64,000 nucleotides of DNA from Candidatus Enteromonas sp. Lineage in GTDB: Bacteria > Bacillota_I > Bacilli_A > RFN20 > CAG-826. Under the pieces are notes generated by a model that saw nothing but the letters and a program-made list of their open reading frames with translations, was not told the origin of the DNA and did not search any database. The DNA lies in contig JAXDTZ010000022.1 in assembly GCA_034089705.1 (NCBI GenBank), positions 12,848-76,847 on the forward strand, written 5' to 3'. This document shows positions 59,157 through 64,000 of this stretch, one piece after another. Position 1 is the stretch's first letter; each line of letters opens with the position of its first letter. A program made the translations under genes and the position numbers.

Positions 59157-59946
59157 CCATTCCTTCCGTTGCGGACACGCGTTTGGAACGGATGAGGAAT
59201 ACGTCCAGGGCGCGATCAAAGCCGAACTCACGTCGATGGGCTTTTCCGATCACGTCATCCTTCCCGGCATCCATCAATACGGGATGCGCGCGGAAGACCC
59301 CATGCTTCCCGATTACCTGGAATCCGTGAAAGCGTTAAAAAAGAAATACGAAGGCCAAATCGAAATCTTCACCGGCTTTGAATGCGAATGGTTCGGGCCG
59401 GTCTTCGAAGGGTATTACCGTGACCTTTTGGAAAGCGGGAAATGCGATTACCTCATCATTGGCCAGCATTGCTGCATGCCCCAATTCGACCATATGCGGT
59501 TTTACGCCTCCTACGCGGACCCCGACGCGGCGGTAAAGGACTACACCAAAGACCTCGTCGCGGGCATCCGTTCCGGATTATTTTCTTACGTCGCCCACCC
59601 CGACGTCATCGTGATGTGGTTCCATCGTTGGAATGAGCTCAACGAGGAATCCGCCTACGCGATCTGCCGGGCGGCCAAAGAAATGAACATCCCCTTGGAA
59701 ATCAACATGAGCTGCAGCCGGTTCGATACCTTCGACCTCGACAATCCCGAGGTGATGCTTTACCCCTATCCCCGATTCTGGGAGATCGCCAGCGAAATCG
59801 GCAACGACGTCATCATCGGGGTGGATGCCCATCAACCGAGCCATTACGACAGCCCCTATTACCAAGTGTTCGTCGACTTCGCCAAGAAACACCGCTTAAA
59901 CCTCTTAACCCGCCTTCCTTTCCGTAGGCCCGGGATCGATTTTTAA
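59128..59946 (+). CDS. PHP-domain phosphoesterase (HisJ/HisK-like histidinol-phosphatase family)
   Basis: N-terminal HSHSxxCGHA metal-binding motif and later His/Asp ligands typical of the PHP fold. Overlaps truA by 29 nt. Confidence 0.6.
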   Translation: MNPIKANYHSHSFRCGHAFGTDEEYVQGAIKAELTSMGFSDHVILPGIHQYGMRAEDPMLPDYLESVKALKKKYEGQIEIFTGFECEWFGPVFEGYYRDLLESGKCDYLIIGQHCCMPQFDHMRFYASYADPDAAVKDYTKDLVAGIRSGLFSYVAHPDVIVMWFHRWNELNEESAYAICRAAKEMNIPLEINMSCSRFDTFDLDNPEVMLYPYPRFWEIASEIGNDVIIGVDAHQPSHYDSPYYQVFVDFAKKHRLNLLTRLPFRRPGIDF

Positions 59947-59992
59947 GGTAAAATCGGCCGATTCACCCCATATTTCGCACTTTTCTATTTTT

Positions 59993-60007
59993 CTCACTTA
60001 TAGTGAG
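59993..60007. promoter_or_regulatory. Palindrome CTCACT-TAT-AGTGAG 36 nt upstream of the YebC-family gene, overlapping a TATAGT -10-like hexamer
   Basis: Perfect 6-bp arms with a 3-bp spacer. A second TATAGT lies at 60011-60016. Confidence 0.3.
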
Positions 60008-60042
60008 TGGTATAGTTAACCCGCAAAAAACAAGGAGTTTTT

Positions 60043-60747
60043 ATGGGAAGACACTTTGAAGTCCGCGCGGCGGCCATGGCGGCCACCGCGAAAGCGAAGT
60101 CCGCGATTTACATGCGCGCTTCGAAAGAAATCTACGCTGCCGCGAAATCCGGTGACCCCGATCCCAACAGCAACCTCGCTCTCCGCAGCGCCATTGAAAA
60201 ATACCGCAAGACCTGCCCGAAAGACGTCATCGAGCGCGCGATTGAAAAAGCCAAAGGCGGCGACGCCGTGGCCTACATCCCCGGGCGCTACGAATTCATG
60301 GGCCCCGCCGGCAGCTACATCATCGTCGATACGTTGACCGACAACGTGAACCGCGCTCTTGTGAGCGTGCGCACCATCGTCACTCGCAAAGGCGGAAAGA
60401 TGGCCAGCGTCTCGTATAACTTCGAATTGCTCGGCGTCCTCAATTTCAAAGGCGCGAGCCGCGACGCGGTGGAAGAAGCCCTCATCATGGGGGACGTTGA
60501 CGTCCGCGAAGTGAGCGAAGAAGAAGGCGACATCCAAGTTCTCGTCGCTCCGGGCGATCTCGAAAAAGCCAAAGAATGCCTCAAGGATCTTGGCATTTCC
60601 GATTATGACCGCGCCGAAACCATGATGTATCCGAACGAATGGATCGAAGTCGAAGGCGACGACCTCAAGAAGTTGCAAGACTGCATGGCGCAGCTCGACG
60701 AATGCGAAGACGTCCAAGCGGTTTACACCAACGTCGACAACTTATAA
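60043..60747 (+). CDS. YebC/PmpR-family probable transcriptional regulatory protein
   Basis: MGRHFEVRAAAMAATAKAKSAIYMRASKEIYAAAKSGDPDPNSN is the typical YebC-family N-terminus. 234 aa. RBS CAAGGAG. Confidence 0.85.
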   Translation: MGRHFEVRAAAMAATAKAKSAIYMRASKEIYAAAKSGDPDPNSNLALRSAIEKYRKTCPKDVIERAIEKAKGGDAVAYIPGRYEFMGPAGSYIIVDTLTDNVNRALVSVRTIVTRKGGKMASVSYNFELLGVLNFKGASRDAVEEALIMGDVDVREVSEEEGDIQVLVAPGDLEKAKECLKDLGISDYDRAETMMYPNEWIEVEGDDLKKLQDCMAQLDECEDVQAVYTNVDNL

Positions 60748-60768
60748 TCCGCATTTTCACTCATCAAG

Positions 60769-60794
60769 CCTCGGGAATTCTCTCGAGGTTTTTT
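60769..60794 (+). terminator. Intrinsic terminator after the YebC-family gene
   Basis: CCTCGGGA-attc-TCTCGAGG (8 bp with one G-U pair) followed by TTTTTTG. Confidence 0.55.
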
Positions 60795-60950
60795 GTTCAT
60801 AATTATTACGGATATAATGTCCAAAAAAGGCAATAAATCCGCTTATTTCTTCTTTTTTGTTCAAAAAAGTATATACTTTGTGTCAGTTTTGCATTCTAGT
60901 AAAGCGCTTACATTCTCCGTAGAATGATAAAAAGGAAGGAGATGGATTCG

Positions 60951-62669
60951 ATGGAAAAACGGGAACGGAAAGAGGCTTTGGAAGCGTTGCGAAGCAAGAG
61001 AAAAGAAGAACGGATTCGCCAAAAAGCGATCCAAGAACAACGGGAGAGGGTTTATCGTCAAACCGTTGCTTACGAGAAGAAACACAAGAAGGAAAGGAAA
61101 ATCGCTCCCAAGGATTCTTTCATTTCCCTTCAACACATCAATAAGATCTACGACAACCGCGTCCAAGCCGTCTTCGATTTCAATTTGGAAATCAAGCAAC
61201 ATGAGTTCATCGTCTTCGTCGGCCCTTCCGGATGCGGCAAATCCACGACGCTCCGCATGATTGCCGGGTTAGAAAACATCACCTCTGGCGACTTATATAT
61301 AGACCGCGTGTACGCGAATGACCTCGAACCGAAGAACCGCGACATCGCCATGGTTTTCCAATCCTACGCCCTTTATCCCCACCGTTCCGTCGCCGGGAAC
61401 ATGTCGTTTGGCCTCCGAATCCGGAAATTCCCGACCTTGTTGGAAGATCAAAACGGCAATCCCGTCCTGGCCATCAACAAAGGATTGATTCGGGATTTGG
61501 TCAAAGAAAGGAAGAACCTCGCTTTGTTCCGCGAGGAATGCCAGGAAAGCGAACCGGAAAAGATCGAGCAAATCGACAAGGACCTCGCGGAACTCGATGC
61601 CAAAATCGCCTATCTCCGCGTTACCCCCGTCCCCAAATACGTCATGCGCCACATGCCGAAGGAAGAGATTTTCGCCCGCGTCCAAGACGCCGCCGAAATC
61701 CTCCAAATCACGGATTACTTGGACCGCAAACCGAAGGCGCTTTCCGGCGGCCAATGCCAACGCGTCGCCTTGGGTCGGGCCATCGTTCGGAACGCCAAAG
61801 TGTTCTTGATGGACGAACCCCTTTCCAACCTCGACGCCAAGCTCCGCGTGGCCATGCGTTCCGAAATCATCAAACTCCATAACCGCTTGAACGCCACCAC
61901 GATTTACGTCACCCACGACCAAACCGAGGCCATGACGATGGCGACCCGCATCGTCGTCATGAACAAGGGCTACATCCAACAGATCGGAACCCCCGTGGAG
62001 ATTTATAACCACCCCGCCAACTTGTTTGTCGCGACCTTCATCGGCTCTCCTGCGATGAACCTCTTCCCCGCGACGTTCCAGGGAAAGACGGTTCGCTTCG
62101 CCGATGGGGCCAAGTTGCCGATCGGAAATGAAGAAAAGAAGAAGATCGAAGAGTTCTATCAAAAGGAATTGTCGGAATATTTGCAAGAACGCGACGCCTT
62201 GCTAGAAGGGTTCACCGAACGGAATTTGTTGCTTCAGAAACTCGAAGCGATTCGCGCATTGCCCGAAACCCCGAAAACCCGCGAAGAGATTCAAAACCTC
62301 GAATTCGAAATCGAACACGTCACGAAATCCAACGAACGCCTCACCTATTTGGAAGAAGCGATTCAAAAATACCAAACCTTCTTGGAAAAGAAAGAATACG
62401 AACTCGTGTTTGGCATCCGGCCCGAAGACATCTACGAAGAAGGCAAAGCCTATACGGATGGGGAATGCAGCGATCCGATTCCGGGAATCGTCAACGTCCC
62501 CGAGCTCATGGGGCACGAATATTTCGTCCACATGGATTTCCAAGGAAAAGATTTGGTTGCCAAAATCGCCGCGAAGCGTTTAATCAATGTAGGGGAGAAA
62601 CTTTCGATCGTATTCGATCTCACCCGAATCCACCTCTTCGATTCGGTCTCCTCGAAACTGATTGTTTGA
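60951..62669 (+). CDS. MalK/UgpC-like ABC transporter ATPase with N-terminal basic extension and two coiled-coil-like insertions
   Basis: Walker [11 protein letters not shown]-loop [11 protein letters not shown], signature [16 protein letters not shown], Walker [11 protein letters not shown]-loop VTHDQ. A 75-aa insertion lies between the Q-loop and the signature, and a second lies in the C-terminal regulatory domain. ATG 60951 fits RBS AAGGAAGGA spacing; the track starts at 60924. Confidence 0.7.
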   Translation: MEKRERKEALEALRSKRKEERIRQKAIQEQRERVYRQTVAYEKKHKKERKIAPKDSFISLQHINKIYDNRVQAVFDFNLEIKQHEFIVFVGPSGCGKSTTLRMIAGLENITSGDLYIDRVYANDLEPKNRDIAMVFQSYALYPHRSVAGNMSFGLRIRKFPTLLEDQNGNPVLAINKGLIRDLVKERKNLALFREECQESEPEKIEQIDKDLAELDAKIAYLRVTPVPKYVMRHMPKEEIFARVQDAAEILQITDYLDRKPKALSGGQCQRVALGRAIVRNAKVFLMDEPLSNLDAKLRVAMRSEIIKLHNRLNATTIYVTHDQTEAMTMATRIVVMNKGYIQQIGTPVEIYNHPANLFVATFIGSPAMNLFPATFQGKTVRFADGAKLPIGNEEKKKIEEFYQKELSEYLQERDALLEGFTERNLLLQKLEAIRALPETPKTREEIQNLEFEIEHVTKSNERLTYLEEAIQKYQTFLEKKEYELVFGIRPEDIYEEGKAYTDGECSDPIPGIVNVPELMGHEYFVHMDFQGKDLVAKIAAKRLINVGEKLSIVFDLTRIHLFDSVSSKLIV

Positions 62670-62672
62670 TTT

Positions 62673-64000
62673 ATGGAGAAATTAGGCGGCCAATACATTT
62701 CCGAATACCGCAACGAAGGGTATCTGCCCACCTCTCGACGAATCTATGCCTCGTTGCTCGATTCCCTTTTGATCATCCTCCTTTCGTTTGCCTTCATGAT
62801 CCTCTCCGCCAACATCGCGGGCAACGTCCCCTCGTATTCCTCGGAGATCGAAACCATCCACGCCAAACGGGTGGAGATGTACGAACTCCAAGAAGAAACG
62901 AAACTCTACGCCTATCCGGTATTAGAGAATGGAAAGAAGGATTATTCCACTCCGATTTCCCAAAACCAGGTCTTTCAAGAATATTGCCTGTCCCATGTTC
63001 TTTATTCTTATGAAACCCATTCCGCGGAATGGGATTCCCTGTTCCCTTTGCCCGAAGATCGCCCAGTGGAGAAAATCCAAGAGATGGGCATCTCAAAAGC
63101 GGATTACCAAAACGATCGTCTCGCCTATTTTTACGTCACTTACGCGAAAACCCATAACGAGAACGGCGACTTGTTTTTATTACAACCCGGGGAGAGTTAC
63201 GAATCCCATTATAAGACGGCTCTCCAAAACGCCTCCAAAGGGGCGGATTGGGATTACCGGCTAGGAAGCGAAGAACTCCCGGTTTTGAAGACGGAATTCG
63301 CGCATCGCCTATATCGTTACGTGGTGTTTTCCGAAGGCGGGCAAGATGGCCTAAACGCCTACAACTTCCTCATCGCCCAATACCAAGGGCTATTTGACGA
63401 TGCCGGCAAGATGCTCTTCCAAAGCGCGCCATACCAAGCCATTTACCAAGATTACCTAGACTCGTACGGGTTTTGCTCCCGCGTCGTTTCCTTGTTTTCG
63501 GTTTTGTCCTACCTTTTGGCCTATTCTTTGCTGATGCTGCTTCCTTCCTTGCTCACCAAGTACCGCGTGAGCATCGGCCTCCTTGTTTTTAAAGGAGTGG
63601 TCCTTCACCAAGAAAGGCTCGATGCCTCTTTCGGACAGATTCTGCTTCGCGTCTTGGCGGGAGTCTTTTCGTTCTTCCCCACGATGCTCTTCTCTTGTTA
63701 CCTCGCGGGAGGCCTCCAATCCGGATGGATGTATCCCCTCTTTTCCATCGGAGGGGCGGGAATCTCCCTGTTTAACATCACGGTCGTCTCTTTCGTGTTC
63801 CCCATCATTAACCTTCTTCTCGTCCTCATTCGTTCCGACAAGCGTTCGATGATGGAATTGCTGAGCAACACGGTTGTCGTGGACCGCGCGTTTTATTCTC
63901 CGCTAGAACGCCCCATTCCCGAAGAAACCCCAAAAGAACCCGAAACGACCTTGGTCGCTTCCGATCCTCCCTATTTTGATTCGAGTTGTTTCAACAACAC
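62673..64000 (+). CDS. RDD-family membrane protein with large internal soluble insertion (3'-partial)
   Basis: N-terminus RRIYASLLDSLLIILLSFAFMIL and distal RSDKRSMMELLSNTVVVD fit the RDD-family pattern (Arg ... Asp-Asp region). About 250 aa are inserted between the transmembrane segments. The ORF continues past the window end. Confidence 0.5.
   Translation, partial: MEKLGGQYISEYRNEGYLPTSRRIYASLLDSLLIILLSFAFMILSANIAGNVPSYSSEIETIHAKRVEMYELQEETKLYAYPVLENGKKDYSTPISQNQVFQEYCLSHVLYSYETHSAEWDSLFPLPEDRPVEKIQEMGISKADYQNDRLAYFYVTYAKTHNENGDLFLLQPGESYESHYKTALQNASKGADWDYRLGSEELPVLKTEFAHRLYRYVVFSEGGQDGLNAYNFLIAQYQGLFDDAGKMLFQSAPYQAIYQDYLDSYGFCSRVVSLFSVLSYLLAYSLLMLLPSLLTKYRVSIGLLVFKGVVLHQERLDASFGQILLRVLAGVFSFFPTMLFSCYLAGGLQSGWMYPLFSIGGAGISLFNITVVSFVFPIINLLLVLIRSDKRSMMELLSNTVVVDRAFYSPLERPIPEETPKEPETTLVASDPPYFDSSCFNN

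Noticed and set aside
59993-60007. Resemblance to a phage T7-type promoter (CACTATAG-like)
   Set aside because: It is only a partial match (CTCACTTATAGTGAG). There is no phage RNA polymerase or any phage gene in the window, so a palindromic operator or -10 is more parsimonious.

Overview
This is a 64-kb chromosomal window, about 55% GC and almost entirely coding, that looks like a Firmicutes (Bacillota)-type genome. The gene order supports this: pcrA-ligA followed by gatCAB, tsaE-tsaB-rimI-tsaD, and ecfA1-ecfA2-ecfT-truA. TGA is used as a stop codon and Trp is TGG, so the standard bacterial genetic code applies. GTG/TTG starts and 4-nt ATGA/GTGA stop-start overlaps are frequent.

Housekeeping genes recognised:
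- dut, trpS, ung, asnS, pcrA, ligA, gatC, gatA, gatB, galE
- ugd, mtnN, gpmA, smpB, folC, comEB
- ecfA1, ecfA2, ecfT, truA and a YebC-family regulator
- the tsaE / tsaB-rimI / tsaD cluster

Between these lie cell-envelope and accessory-like loci:
- a polyprenol-phosphate glycosyltransferase (GT2) flanked by two very large polytopic membrane proteins (1260-6397)
- a Wzx/Wzy-type polysaccharide cluster (14347-21646)
- a flavodiiron protein fused to flavin-reductase-like and rubredoxin domains (12404-14263)
- a TPP riboswitch controlling an N-terminally extended ThiT-like thiamine transporter (22385-23594)
- a 500-bp non-coding island with two copies of a hairpin-containing 31-nt repeat (23595-24093)
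- a minus-strand operon of Pro/Gln-rich membrane proteins (30135-32187)
- an Ig-like/VanZ-domain fusion protein co-transcribed with ugd (43339-46175)
- a MalK-like ABC ATPase with coiled-coil insertions next to an expanded RDD-family membrane protein (60951-64000)

No rRNA, tRNA, CRISPR array, transposase, integrase or phage genes were recognised by eye. Several long minus-strand ORFs in the six-frame track are antisense artefacts of high-GC coding sequence. Several plus-strand ORFs in the track carry spurious 5' extensions, which were trimmed to internal starts that have a ribosome-binding site or stop-start coupling.
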